Source: Pirellulaceae bacterium (lineage in GTDB: Bacteria; Planctomycetota; Planctomycetia; Pirellulales; Pirellulaceae). From it: a stretch of 64,000 bases of DNA. Position numbers and translations under genes: made by a program. The notes below the pieces were generated by a model that worked only from the letters and a program-made list of their open reading frames with translations, was not told the origin of the DNA and did no database searches. The stretch is taken from NCBI GenBank assembly GCA_031374825.1, contig JANMGV010000004.1, forward strand, positions 19,605 to 83,604, given 5' to 3'. This document shows positions 1 to 9,899 of this stretch, in pieces. The stretch's first letter is position 1. Every line of letters begins with the position of its first letter.

Positions 1-986
1 CGACTATTCGCACTGTCGCCGGGTACAAAAATCGGGCCGTTGTCGCCTCCCTGCAAGGCTCGCTGTCGCATGCCGAGATTCACGCCGCCGTCTTCGTGAT
101 CGGCCGAATGACATTCATAACAGTGTTTGCGAAGAATTGGCTGGATGTCGTTCACGAAGTCCATGCGACCGGAATCCGCTGTAGGCAACATGGCGGCGTA
201 GTTCTCGCTTGCCAGCAACCCCGCTGCGAAATTCTGCTCAACATCGCCGCTCGTGAGGGCTCGGGCATAGATGGCCACGAGATGCAGATCACCAAGCCAC
301 GGGCGATCACCGGTCAATTCGTTCGCCACACAAAGTCGAAAATCGTCGCTCCAGTTATTGAATGCACCAGCCACCACTGCCGAAACAACCGGTTTGCCAT
401 CGACAAATATCTTCGCCGCACCATCCTCCGCGCGAGTGAAGACGAAGTGCGTCAATTTCGTCGAAACGGAAAAGTCGGCTGCGGACGTGGATGGCTGTCC
501 ATTGTTGTCTGTCGACGTTGTCCGCAGCCGAACGTCGAAGTGTCCCTTGTCCTGCCCCAGTGTAAAGTTTCGATTTGAAGGGTCGACCGACAAACTCACG
601 ATGCGAGCAGGCCCAGCTTGACTGGCTTCCAGCGGCTTTAGCCACGCTTCGATGGACAGTTCATTCGTTTGTTTCACTGCGTCCAGGATTTTGCGTGCTG
701 GTCCATCGGATGCAATGGAGACCGCCGATGTCACGACAAGCTTGCCTGAACGAATCGCGGCTCCCTGAGGTTTGTCAATTCGCAGGTTGAGCGGTTCACC
801 AACGCCTGACCGATCTGGAATCAGCCCGTTTTCCGCTTTGTCAAATGTATAGAGCACTTGCAGGCCGTCCGTCACGCGAGCTGGAGTGACCGACAAATCA
901 TCGGCGAGCGCGGCAGCGATTGTGACTAGCCAACAGGTCGCGAATAAGATGTTCGCGATCCCGACTCGATGCGATAACAACACCAT
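1..986 (-). CDS. LamG-like (concanavalin-type) plus PSCyt1 (Planctomycete cytochrome C) domain protein, 3' end beyond window
   Basis: I translated the minus strand by hand. A reading frame from ATG at 986 to position 1 has no stop; it is missing from the ORF track because it runs off the window edge. There is an N-terminal signal peptide (MVLLSHRVGIANILFATCWLVTIAAALA). The motif DRPWLGDLHLVAIYARALTSGDVEQNF is LamG-like. The motif DFVNDIQPILRKHCYECHSADHEDGGVNLG is PSCyt1-like. Confidence 0.6.
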   Translation of the reverse strand, partial: MVLLSHRVGIANILFATCWLVTIAAALADDLSVTPARVTDGLQVLYTFDKAENGLIPDRSGVGEPLNLRIDKPQGAAIRSGKLVVTSAVSIASDGPARKILDAVKQTNELSIEAWLKPLEASQAGPARIVSLSVDPSNRNFTLGQDKGHFDVRLRTTSTDNNGQPSTSAADFSVSTKLTHFVFTRAEDGAAKIFVDGKPVVSAVVAGAFNNWSDDFRLCVANELTGDRPWLGDLHLVAIYARALTSGDVEQNFAAGLLASENYAAMLPTADSGRMDFVNDIQPILRKHCYECHSADHEDGGVNLGMRQRALQGGDNGPIFVPGDSANS

Positions 987-1178
987 GAAAGCATTTCTTG
1001 TCGATGAATAGACCCTAGTCAATTACACGTCCAAAACACCATCAGACGCAAACACCATTGTAACAAGCATTTTATTGGCGAGTCACATTCGGAATTGGAC
1101 GTAAAAGTAGCTTGATTGCGGTTTTGGGCACGAGCCCGTGGACGTGCGCAGGTCAATGGCATTCATTGCCGGAAGTTC

Positions 1179-2624
1179 TCAAGAAAACAGTTCCTGGATG
1201 GGCTGGAAATCGACGTACTCAGTTCCCGAAGCGTTTTCAACGTAGTGGAATGCCCGGCCCGATGGCGTGGTAGTCACTTTGCGAGTCCAGTCGATTCCTA
1301 ACGCAGAATAAATTGTGCAAGCGACATCTTCCATGTACACCGGACGCGCGGCAGACCAACCAGGATCTACAATCGTTCCTCCGATTTCATCGGTCTTGCC
1401 AAGCACCGTGCCGCCTTGCACACCGCCCCCAACGAACATTCCTGAATGAGCGTGGATGTAATGTTCGCGTCCTTTTCGAGTCTCGCTAATGTTGCCCGGG
1501 GTTCGACCAAACTCGCCCATGCAAACAATGAACGTTTCGTCTAACAGCGTTTTTGTTACGTCGTGCTTGCTGGGCACTGCAGCCAAGTCGAGAACCAGCG
1601 ACGTGATGGCTTTGTCTAATTCGGCCATCAATACGGGATGGTTGCGAGTTCCCTTTTTATAAATGTCGCCATGATGATCCCATCCACTATGACTTACCAA
1701 AATGAAACGCGTTCCTGCGTCGGCACGGAACAGATTTCGAGAAAGCGCTAACGAGACGCCGATCGAATTTTGACCGTACTGCAATTTGTCATCTTCTGAA
1801 ATTGTGAACACATCAGGAACACGCGGGTCATTCATGATATTCCAAGCACCGCGATAGTATTCGTGGTAATCTGCAAAACTACGATCCAATCCAAGGCGGT
1901 TATGACGCAACGGTTCGTCAAGCTGTTGTAGCCTTTGCCAGCGACGCTCGAGAGTCGACACCATATCGCGGCGTGGTGCTAAGTCAGGAGGTCCCTTATC
2001 GATCGACAAGTTGAGCGGACCAAATTCTGCTGAGAGAAATCCGTTGTTGATCAGTCCCGCTTGGTTTCCCGCCATATTCATCGAAATATAGGCGGGCAGT
2101 GAATCCGTAGCACGACGTTGATTGGCCAATTCATGGCATACGACCGCGCCGATGGCAGGGACTTCTTTCGACAAAGCGGGATTCAGTGGATGACCAGTTT
2201 GAATATAGTATTGAGCGCGTCCATGAACAGCATCCCAAGCGGCCATCGACCGGACGACGGCGATTTTGTCGAGGATTTTTGGCAAAGTCTGAAATACACC
2301 TTGGGGAAGCATCAATCCATTACCGCATGGCTGGATGTCAAAGTCCTCGGGTGTCCAAGGACCTTGCTTGGCGTCCAAAGAATCCAACTGGCTCATGCCG
2401 CCTTCGAGATTCACGAACAAAACTTGGCGAGCCGTTGCGTGTGGCGTAACGTCTTGCGAAGCGATCGTCCGAGTGGTTCCAAGCCAAGGCAGTGAGCCTC
2501 CCATAACGCTTAATCCACCGAGTCTTAATAACTCGCGGCGTCGAAATGAAAACGGTGTGGGATTGGTTGGGCGATGCATTACAATCCTCAAAGTTATACG
2601 TGAATTATGTTCACTCCAAATCAT
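1179..2624 (-). CDS. DUF1501 family protein (sulfatase-like fold, Tat signal)
   Basis: The N-terminus carries a twin-arginine motif (SFRRRELLRLGG). Sequence is conserved across the length in the way typical of Planctomycete DUF1501 proteins. It sits directly downstream of a DUF1549/DUF1553 gene, which is the canonical pairing. Confidence 0.85.
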   Translation of the reverse strand: MIWSEHNSRITLRIVMHRPTNPTPFSFRRRELLRLGGLSVMGGSLPWLGTTRTIASQDVTPHATARQVLFVNLEGGMSQLDSLDAKQGPWTPEDFDIQPCGNGLMLPQGVFQTLPKILDKIAVVRSMAAWDAVHGRAQYYIQTGHPLNPALSKEVPAIGAVVCHELANQRRATDSLPAYISMNMAGNQAGLINNGFLSAEFGPLNLSIDKGPPDLAPRRDMVSTLERRWQRLQQLDEPLRHNRLGLDRSFADYHEYYRGAWNIMNDPRVPDVFTISEDDKLQYGQNSIGVSLALSRNLFRADAGTRFILVSHSGWDHHGDIYKKGTRNHPVLMAELDKAITSLVLDLAAVPSKHDVTKTLLDETFIVCMGEFGRTPGNISETRKGREHYIHAHSGMFVGGGVQGGTVLGKTDEIGGTIVDPGWSAARPVYMEDVACTIYSALGIDWTRKVTTTPSGRAFHYVENASGTEYVDFQPIQELFS

Positions 2625-2675
2625 CGTTGAATCGCCACTGGCAAACGAAACAGCGTAAGTCGAAGCGATGATTTA

Positions 2676-4613
2676 CTAGTAGTTGAAAATAAAGTCCAGC
2701 TTGTTCAACAGACTCCACTGCAAGTCTTCGATTCCTGTCTGACGATCTTCCTCAACCCACTTTCCGGCAATTTCAGTTTCCGCAGCAGTTGGCATGCGCG
2801 ATAGGGTTCGCAAGTACATCGCTTCGACTATTTCATTGGGCGTCAGTTTTGATTCCAGCATCTGTTGCGAGTAGCTGGCGTTTGTAGCTGAGACTCGTTT
2901 TGTAACGAATTTGCTGTTCATCATCATCATCGCTTGCAGGATCGAACCACTCTGGCCGGGATTTGCCCATTCGCGATTCGACTGGCCAAAAGTTCGTAGT
3001 AGCTGCTTGGATTCACCATCATTAACATTCTCCGGCGTTGCAGCTTGAGTCCAATATCGGATTGGTGAGAGCGGGGTACCGTACAGCAAGTGTTTGTGCT
3101 GGTAATCGGGAAAAACACCCGTTGCCTCGACGATCGCGTCATGCAACTGTTCGGAGTTCAACATGTGTGGATAATGACGAGCGAAGTACGGGGTGTACTC
3201 AACTTCCCAGTCGGAATTAAAGTGGGATGAAAGTTGATAAGCACTCGACTGGGTAATTAATCGCATCAACGATTTTAGGCTAAACTGATTATCGGCAAAA
3301 TGTCTGGCTACTGCGTCAAGCAACTTGATGTTGGTTGGCTGAACGGTCCAGGGCGTCGGTGGTGGATTGGCTGGGTCCTGACGTGCAAGATCAAAACCAT
3401 CGATGGGCTCCACGATTCCTAGACCAAAAAATTCTTTCCAAAACAAGTTCGCAGTGGCTCGAGCAAATTGCGGGTGCTCAGTGAGCATTTTGGCAAACTG
3501 CGGACGCAGCGGTTTACTTGGGTCAGCTTTTTGACCAGTTAAGATAAACGTCGGGACCACGGGAGAACCGGACCTTTGCAATCGAACCGAACTAGCCGCG
3601 TTCGAATCGTATCCGGTGCCGTCTTCGGAGATCGTAAAACGATCTTGATAAGGAACAATGCGGACGCGAGTATTTCCGAAAAATGCCGCCATGGCCCAAA
3701 GGTCTTCACGCTTTTTGCGAGACAGTCCCAGGTCGACTTTCTCCAGAAAGCCAGCTCCGCCATGACAAGAAATACACTGAAAGTTTAGCCCCAAGAAAAA
3801 CTTAGAGGATTGGATGACAATTTCGTCCGCAGTATCTTCGTACCGATCCGAGTACATCGAATCTGCTGGGATATGCCATCGAACGAGAAAAGCAGAGGGA
3901 GCCGCGTCGGGCATCCAAGCCGAATTCGGCGCCGTTGCAGTCAGTAATTCAGTTACCATTAAGTTGTATGGCTTGTCGTCGCGCAAAGATCGACGAATCC
4001 ATGCATCAAAATTTTCCGTCGTAGCGTTGCCAATTCGATTCGCACAATTGCGAAAAAGATCTCCATACCAATACGCCCAACGATCAACCCAAGCATCCGA
4101 TGCTAGGAGTTGATCGATGACTTGCTCTCGTTTATCCAGCGCCGAATTTTGCACGAACTGTTGAACCTGCTCGGGGGTCGGTATTCTGCCGGTTAGATCG
4201 AGGTACACGCGGCGTAGAAAAGTGTAGTCGTCCGCTAGAGCTGCGTGAGGAATATTGTTTTGTTTCATCGCTTCAAACAAGTGTTCGTCGATGAGATTGC
4301 GTCGCACGATATAATTTGTATCGTTCGGATCGTTCACCAGATTTGTCGGCACCGGCAATCGATCCGTGACGGATTCGGTAATCTCGCCGACGATCGCATC
4401 AGTCCGTGATCGCGACAATTTGTCCGGTGCGTGTTCGGCGTCGTCGGGCAAGTTTTTCCGGGGCGATTGACCACTCGCTGCTGGCTCTTGCGAAACAGCA
4501 CTTAGCGCGAAAATGCACGTGACGAGTGTGCAAACTCCCCACGCGTAACGAATTGACTGGCGTGAAAGCAAATTTGCAAAACAGTTTGTTGGCGTCAGAC
4601 CTTTACGAATCAT
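2676..4613 (-). CDS. DUF1549/DUF1553 (PSCyt2 + PSD1) domain protein
   Basis: The ORF is 645 aa with a signal peptide. A CxxCH-like motif (FQCISCHGG) is typical of PSCyt2. The C-terminal region is PSD1-like. It overlaps the upstream NHL gene by 4 bp. Confidence 0.85.
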   Translation of the reverse strand: MIRKGLTPTNCFANLLSRQSIRYAWGVCTLVTCIFALSAVSQEPAASGQSPRKNLPDDAEHAPDKLSRSRTDAIVGEITESVTDRLPVPTNLVNDPNDTNYIVRRNLIDEHLFEAMKQNNIPHAALADDYTFLRRVYLDLTGRIPTPEQVQQFVQNSALDKREQVIDQLLASDAWVDRWAYWYGDLFRNCANRIGNATTENFDAWIRRSLRDDKPYNLMVTELLTATAPNSAWMPDAAPSAFLVRWHIPADSMYSDRYEDTADEIVIQSSKFFLGLNFQCISCHGGAGFLEKVDLGLSRKKREDLWAMAAFFGNTRVRIVPYQDRFTISEDGTGYDSNAASSVRLQRSGSPVVPTFILTGQKADPSKPLRPQFAKMLTEHPQFARATANLFWKEFFGLGIVEPIDGFDLARQDPANPPPTPWTVQPTNIKLLDAVARHFADNQFSLKSLMRLITQSSAYQLSSHFNSDWEVEYTPYFARHYPHMLNSEQLHDAIVEATGVFPDYQHKHLLYGTPLSPIRYWTQAATPENVNDGESKQLLRTFGQSNREWANPGQSGSILQAMMMMNSKFVTKRVSATNASYSQQMLESKLTPNEIVEAMYLRTLSRMPTAAETEIAGKWVEEDRQTGIEDLQWSLLNKLDFIFNY

Positions 4614-5770
4614 TTTCCATCATCCGTGTTTGGCGAGGCGAGCTTTGGCAAAGTTTTAGCATTGCCGGAAACGAGTGTATGAATCTGCCCATTGGAATCG
4701 AGCAATCGTATGCTTCGATTACCTCGATCACAAAAATATAGTCCGCCCTGAGGAGCCAACGCAATCTTTGCAGGAACAAAAAGCTCTGAACTCTCCTTGC
4801 TTTCATCGGGCTTGCTTTCACCGGGCTTGCTTTCTTTAGCAGAAGCGGAGCCTGCTACCGTCATTATCGTTCCATGAACGACCGTCCGAAGTCGATTGTT
4901 TCCGCTGTCGGAAATGTAGAAGAAATTCGGCGACACCGGCAGGATATCCAGAGCAGAGAAAATTTTTGCCTTGGTCGCTCGGTCTCCATCGCCCGACAAG
5001 CCCGCGCCACCTTCGCCTGAACCTTCTCCAATGCCGCAAACGGTCTCAATAATTCCTTCTGCAGATACACGGCGTATTCGACTATTGCCGCCTTCGCTAA
5101 TAAAGAACGATTTCTCATCGGTCCCAAACGCAACGGCCATGGGTAAGCTCAATTGTGCCGAGGTTGCTGGTCCACCGTCGCCGGATAGCCCGGGCGTCGA
5201 ACCCGCCACCGTTGTGATGACTCCGTCGATCGCAATTCGCCGTACAATATGATTGTACGTGTCCGCTATGAGAATGTTGCCTTGGGAATCGACTGCGATC
5301 CCTTGCGGGTTATTCAGCCCCGCGAGGATAGCTGGGCCACCGTCGCCGCTGAGCTCCGATCGTCCATTTCCAGCGAGTGTCTTGACAATTCTTGTTGCGA
5401 GATCAACTTGCCGGATACGATGGTTGTTTGCGTCGGCAACAAGTACTGCATTTCGAGAGCGATCAAGCTTCATGTCATGGGGTGCATGAAACGCAGACTG
5501 CAGGACATCCGCTTCCTCCCCCCGAAAAATTGGTTCGCCAGTTCCTCCCCAAAGCTGCAATTCACCAGACTGTTTGCCGGACAACTCAACTCGAAAGAGG
5601 CGATGAAGTTGAATATCGCTAATCAATAAACTGCCATCGGGTAAGGCGACTATTCCATTAGGTGCCTGAAACCGTAAACCGTCGCTATCTCCTGCATTAG
5701 TTCGCAATGCGAAACCGAAACAAATGCAGTTTATGAGCAATGCGATCAAAAACAATTGCATCATGTACAC
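4610..5770 (-). CDS. NHL-repeat beta-propeller protein, secreted, with low-complexity SKPGESKPDESK tail
   Basis: There is a signal peptide. Motifs of the form NNRIRxV / NHIVRRI / GNSRIRRV recur about every 45 aa, which is the NHL repeat pattern. Confidence 0.75.
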   Translation of the reverse strand: MYMMQLFLIALLINCICFGFALRTNAGDSDGLRFQAPNGIVALPDGSLLISDIQLHRLFRVELSGKQSGELQLWGGTGEPIFRGEEADVLQSAFHAPHDMKLDRSRNAVLVADANNHRIRQVDLATRIVKTLAGNGRSELSGDGGPAILAGLNNPQGIAVDSQGNILIADTYNHIVRRIAIDGVITTVAGSTPGLSGDGGPATSAQLSLPMAVAFGTDEKSFFISEGGNSRIRRVSAEGIIETVCGIGEGSGEGGAGLSGDGDRATKAKIFSALDILPVSPNFFYISDSGNNRLRTVVHGTIMTVAGSASAKESKPGESKPDESKESSELFVPAKIALAPQGGLYFCDRGNRSIRLLDSNGQIHTLVSGNAKTLPKLASPNTDDGK

Positions 5771-5975
5771 GAAATATGGAGATGGGGAGGTGTAAACAGC
5801 CAGTCATCCAGTGTAAACGAATTCGAAAAGCAGCGCCCGCGAAAAATCATCGTTCGTGTGCATTGCTACTGATTAAAACAAATTCTGACTCGAAAGTTGG
5901 AATCCATTCATAGCCAACCATGACTAGCAATGCCCGCCGCACCTCAAGTGGAAAATCGTTTCAGGCGAATGCAAA

Positions 5976-8060
5976 TCAATTTTTCCTCGCGAATGAAAAG
6001 AGCATCGACCCCATGATTGCAAAGCAGAGGACACCCACCAATTGGTAACCGACGTGCGCGGCATTTTCTTGGGCAACCCCGAACAGTTGCACGATGCCAG
6101 CCGTTGCACTGCCGATCGGGCCTTCGAGACTTAGCTTTTTCAAGGAATTCGTTACACCTTCGTTGACGGATAACAAAGCGATAACGACACCTGCCAATGC
6201 CCCGCCTGCCACAAGTCCCGTTGCGAAAAGACTGCCTTTACTAAGTTCCTCGTCTGCCGAACCGTGATCGCCTGCGGCTGGTTTTCCCTTGGCTCGCAAG
6301 TAATCAACAACTCCTCGAATTACTCCACCAATCCAAATCGGCAAAGTTGTTGCAAGAGGCAAATACAGCCCCACAGCAAACGAGAGCGCCTTGATTCCAC
6401 ATAATTCCATCGTCACGGCGATGAAGCAACCAGCCAAAACGAATTGCCAATCCAAGTTGAACGACAACAATCCCTTGATCAATGTCGCCATCAAAGTGGC
6501 TTGCGGCGCATTGTACTTTTCACCAATCGCGTGCTTGATTCCATTGGCGAGCATATCGGGAGTCGGCGTATCGAGATACTTGACTGTAAATCCGATAACC
6601 AAAGATGAAACCATGACCCCGATGAACAATGCCAGTTGCTGATACTTGGGCGTCGCGCCGACTAGATATCCCGTCTTAAGGTCTTGGCTCGTCGCACCAG
6701 CATTCGCCGCCGCGATGCAGACCATGCTTCCCACAACAAGAGCCATTGGCTCGTAAGCTGTTCCTGTCCAACCGATCCCAATAAACACAAGTGACGTGCC
6801 CATGATGGTCGCGATTGTCATCCCGGATATTGGACTATTGGATGAACCGATGATGCCCACAATTCGACTTGCAACGGTAACGAAGAAGAATCCAAAGACA
6901 ATCACCAAGAGTCCGATCATAAGCTTGTTTAACACCGAATCCCCTGGAATGCCTGGGAGAATCCCCATCAAGCCTATCAATCCAAGACTACCGAGCACGA
7001 CAACGAGAATAGAAAGATCGCTTTCTGTTCTCGAGCGGTTCTTTTCAGCGCCGCCTCGCAGCGATCGGAATGCTTCGATGAACGAAGAAACAATGGTTGG
7101 CATGGTCTTGAGAAGCGTGATGAAACCTGCCGCAGCAACTGCGCCTGCACCGATTTGACGAATGTAAGCCCGATAGATCGCTTCGGCAGAGTCTGCAAAC
7201 TGTTTTGTATTCTCATCCCAACCAAATTTGCTTGGCAATAATCCTAGCTTAACGAGTTGTGCTGCGATGACTTCTTGAGGAACGAGTGTTGCGAGCAACG
7301 GCGTCAAGCAAAACGCTGCGAGGATTCCGCCAGCAACGAGAATTCCGGAAATCTTTGGGCCAATGATGTACCCAACGCCCAAATACTCCGGAGTGATCTC
7401 GCCAGCGACGGACGCCGATGGCAAGTACTTGTTGCCGAGACTTGTGACATAGCGAGGTGTTTCGCTGATGACATGGATGACTTTTTGAAGCAAGGCGTAA
7501 ACGATGGCGACGCCCAATCCATAAAACGCTGTCTTGGCAAAGCTCCCGCCCTTTTCGCCAGCAATGAGAACCTGGGCGCAAGCTGTTCCTTCGGGATACG
7601 GCAACGAACCATGTTCATTCACAATCAACGGCTTGCGCAGCGGAATCATCATCAACGTGCCAAGGATTCCACCAAAGGTAGCGATCATCATGATCGTCCC
7701 TACTTCGAAATATCCGCTTCCGACGCCATCGCTTAAAAAGATAAATGCGGGGAGCGTGAACACAACTCCTGCAGCGACACTTTCGCCAGCCGACCCGCAA
7801 GTCTGAATGATATTATTTTCGAGAATCGTCGTTCGGAGTAATCGCTTGCCTATCGAGATCGCCAATACCGCAATAGGAATCGAAGCCGAGACGGTCAGAC
7901 CCGCTTTCAAAGCCAAATAAACGGTTGACGCGCCGAACAAGACGCCGAAGATCGAACCAAGAATAATCGCCTTGAGCGTGAACTCGGCTACCGAATTGTC
8001 GCTGGGCGACACATAAGGCTGTACTGCAGGAATTTCTGGCGCTTCTGAGTTCTTTGCCAT
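5976..8060 (-). CDS. OPT-family oligopeptide transporter
   Basis: This is a polytopic membrane protein of about 700 aa with OPT-superfamily character. The likely start is the internal Met (MAKNSEAPE...) at 8060 rather than the ORF-track start at 8144. Confidence 0.8.
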   Translation of the reverse strand: MAKNSEAPEIPAVQPYVSPSDNSVAEFTLKAIILGSIFGVLFGASTVYLALKAGLTVSASIPIAVLAISIGKRLLRTTILENNIIQTCGSAGESVAAGVVFTLPAFIFLSDGVGSGYFEVGTIMMIATFGGILGTLMMIPLRKPLIVNEHGSLPYPEGTACAQVLIAGEKGGSFAKTAFYGLGVAIVYALLQKVIHVISETPRYVTSLGNKYLPSASVAGEITPEYLGVGYIIGPKISGILVAGGILAAFCLTPLLATLVPQEVIAAQLVKLGLLPSKFGWDENTKQFADSAEAIYRAYIRQIGAGAVAAAGFITLLKTMPTIVSSFIEAFRSLRGGAEKNRSRTESDLSILVVVLGSLGLIGLMGILPGIPGDSVLNKLMIGLLVIVFGFFFVTVASRIVGIIGSSNSPISGMTIATIMGTSLVFIGIGWTGTAYEPMALVVGSMVCIAAANAGATSQDLKTGYLVGATPKYQQLALFIGVMVSSLVIGFTVKYLDTPTPDMLANGIKHAIGEKYNAPQATLMATLIKGLLSFNLDWQFVLAGCFIAVTMELCGIKALSFAVGLYLPLATTLPIWIGGVIRGVVDYLRAKGKPAAGDHGSADEELSKGSLFATGLVAGGALAGVVIALLSVNEGVTNSLKKLSLEGPIGSATAGIVQLFGVAQENAAHVGYQLVGVLCFAIMGSMLFSFARKN

Positions 8061-8445
8061 GGAGCATACTCGCTGAATTCGATAACAAATAATTTGGTGC
8101 GGATACAAGTCCAAGATTGTCAGGGTAATTGCGAGATTTCGCAACTACGAGGAGTGGCAGAATTGGGCTTCTTGGATGATTTTACGAATTGGTAAGCTAG
8201 ACCGAGTTCCACCACCCGATAAAGGAATCGGTAAGGTATCGAAATTTCCTTTACTTTCTTGTACCTCTAGCGGTTATCGAAAGCGGAACGGTCTAAACTG
8301 TCGATTAGGAAATCGTTGATCGCTGCGTGATTGCACTTTTTTCACGTGGCTTTGCGAGGGCCGAAGATCCGATGAATGAATGCTCCTACCCGATCAACAT
8401 GATTTCCGCATTGACTAGAAATTTGCGTCAATCTCCTCTTATCCA

Positions 8446-8886
8446 TTGGCCAAAATCATGATCTACAAACTTACTCTTCTCGAACCAGTCGAAGGCATTA
8501 AGACGCAACGATGGACATTTTCCCCGCCAGCGGTGCTTGGACGCGAGCCCGGTTCAGCAATTTGTATCGATCATGAGTCGATCAGCCGAAAACACTGTCA
8601 GTTCACGACCAACAGCGATGAAGCTTTGGTGATCAAGGATTTGGAGTCGCGTAACGGGACGTACGTTGATGACGTTCGAGTCCATCATGGGACGCTCATG
8701 CCTGGCCAGATTATTCAAATCGGTGCGTTGCGTCTCCAAATCGCTTTTTCATCGGAAGAGGAAATTGTTCGCCGTCCAGTAATGAAACCCCAGGGCAGCG
8801 TCACCGAAACCCGTCCGATGCCGAAAGTTCAACCGCCACCACCCGCTCCCCCGGAAAAGCCCTGGTGGAAGCGGTTGTTCGAATAG
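8446..8886 (+). CDS. FHA domain protein with Pro-rich C-terminus
   Basis: GREPGSAICIDHESISRKHCQF...LESRNGTYVDD matches the FHA core. Confidence 0.75.
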   Translation: MAKIMIYKLTLLEPVEGIKTQRWTFSPPAVLGREPGSAICIDHESISRKHCQFTTNSDEALVIKDLESRNGTYVDDVRVHHGTLMPGQIIQIGALRLQIAFSSEEEIVRRPVMKPQGSVTETRPMPKVQPPPPAPPEKPWWKRLFE

Positions 8887-8938
8887 TTTGACAATAAATA
8901 AACGCTCTCTATTGCCAAGAATTCCGGAGCTTCATCGA

Positions 8939-9874
8939 ATGCGTCTCGTCATCGTTGGAGGGTTGTCTTTAGTTTTCATCATCGTGGCAGAATGTAGCCG
9001 TGGCGACGATCCCATCGTGATCCAGGTTTGGCCAAACCAACCGCCTGATGAGGCAGCCCCGGTAGGCGAAGAGCGCTGGCGTATGTCGCCGGGCTTGGAC
9101 AAAAAACAAGTAGAAGTAACAGAACCTACGCGGATGCTGACCAACGTCAGTAACCCAACGATTACCGTATATCGACCCGACAAAAGCAAAGACAACGGTA
9201 CAGCTTTTATCATTTGCCCCGGCGGCGGTTATTGGGATTTGTATTGGCAACTCGAAGGAGAAGAAGTTGCAAAATGGGTCAACTCGCTGGGAGCGACGGG
9301 CATCATCCTCAAGTACCGTGTTCCGCGTCGACCGGATGATGTGCAAGGCGAACCGGCGCGTCGGCCACTTCAGGACGCACAACGCGCCGTGAGCTTGGTG
9401 CGCAGTCGCAGCAAAGAACTTGGGGTCGATCCCGAGCGGATTGGCATGATCGGGTTCTCTGCTGGCGGGCATTTGGCCATTGCTACAGCGACAAGCTTTG
9501 ACAAGCGAAGCTATCCTGCTGTGGACGATATCGATCGGATTAGTTGCCGACCGAACTTTGCAATTTTGGCTTATTCTGGCTATCTCAAGGCTCAAGAAAA
9601 AGATGAATTGGCAGCGGGATTGGAGATACCGCCGACCACACCGCCCGTTTTTCTCGTCCATGGAAGCGACGATATTATCAGCGACCCGGCTCACAGTGTC
9701 GTCATGTATTTGGCTCTCAAGCGAGCAGGAATCCCAGCCGAATTACACATTTACGCGGCGACGGCTCATGACTTTGGCGTGCGTGCTGCCGATCATCCTT
9801 ACGCAGGCTGGACCGAAGTTTGTGCGTGGTGGCTGAAACATCAAGGAATGCTGAATTCGAAACGTCCCGAATGA
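8939..9874 (+). CDS. alpha/beta-hydrolase (esterase/lipase-type), signal-anchored
   Basis: A GFSAGGH nucleophile elbow (GxSxG) is present, together with downstream HGSDD and AHDF motifs typical of the fold. I chose the ATG at 8939 (MRLVIVGG... signal peptide) over the TTG at 8888. The gene abuts the FHA gene. Confidence 0.75.
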   Translation: MRLVIVGGLSLVFIIVAECSRGDDPIVIQVWPNQPPDEAAPVGEERWRMSPGLDKKQVEVTEPTRMLTNVSNPTITVYRPDKSKDNGTAFIICPGGGYWDLYWQLEGEEVAKWVNSLGATGIILKYRVPRRPDDVQGEPARRPLQDAQRAVSLVRSRSKELGVDPERIGMIGFSAGGHLAIATATSFDKRSYPAVDDIDRISCRPNFAILAYSGYLKAQEKDELAAGLEIPPTTPPVFLVHGSDDIISDPAHSVVMYLALKRAGIPAELHIYAATAHDFGVRAADHPYAGWTEVCAWWLKHQGMLNSKRPE

Positions 9875-9899
9875 CTGGAGATCGAAAAAGTAAGCCGTC

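Noticed and set aside
96-790. Plus-strand ORFs (96..578, 271..621, 575..790) and minus ORF 355..645 at the window start
   Set aside because: All of them overlap a continuous minus-strand reading frame (986 to 1) with a stop-free, domain-bearing translation (signal peptide, LamG, PSCyt1). They are alternative-frame artefacts.
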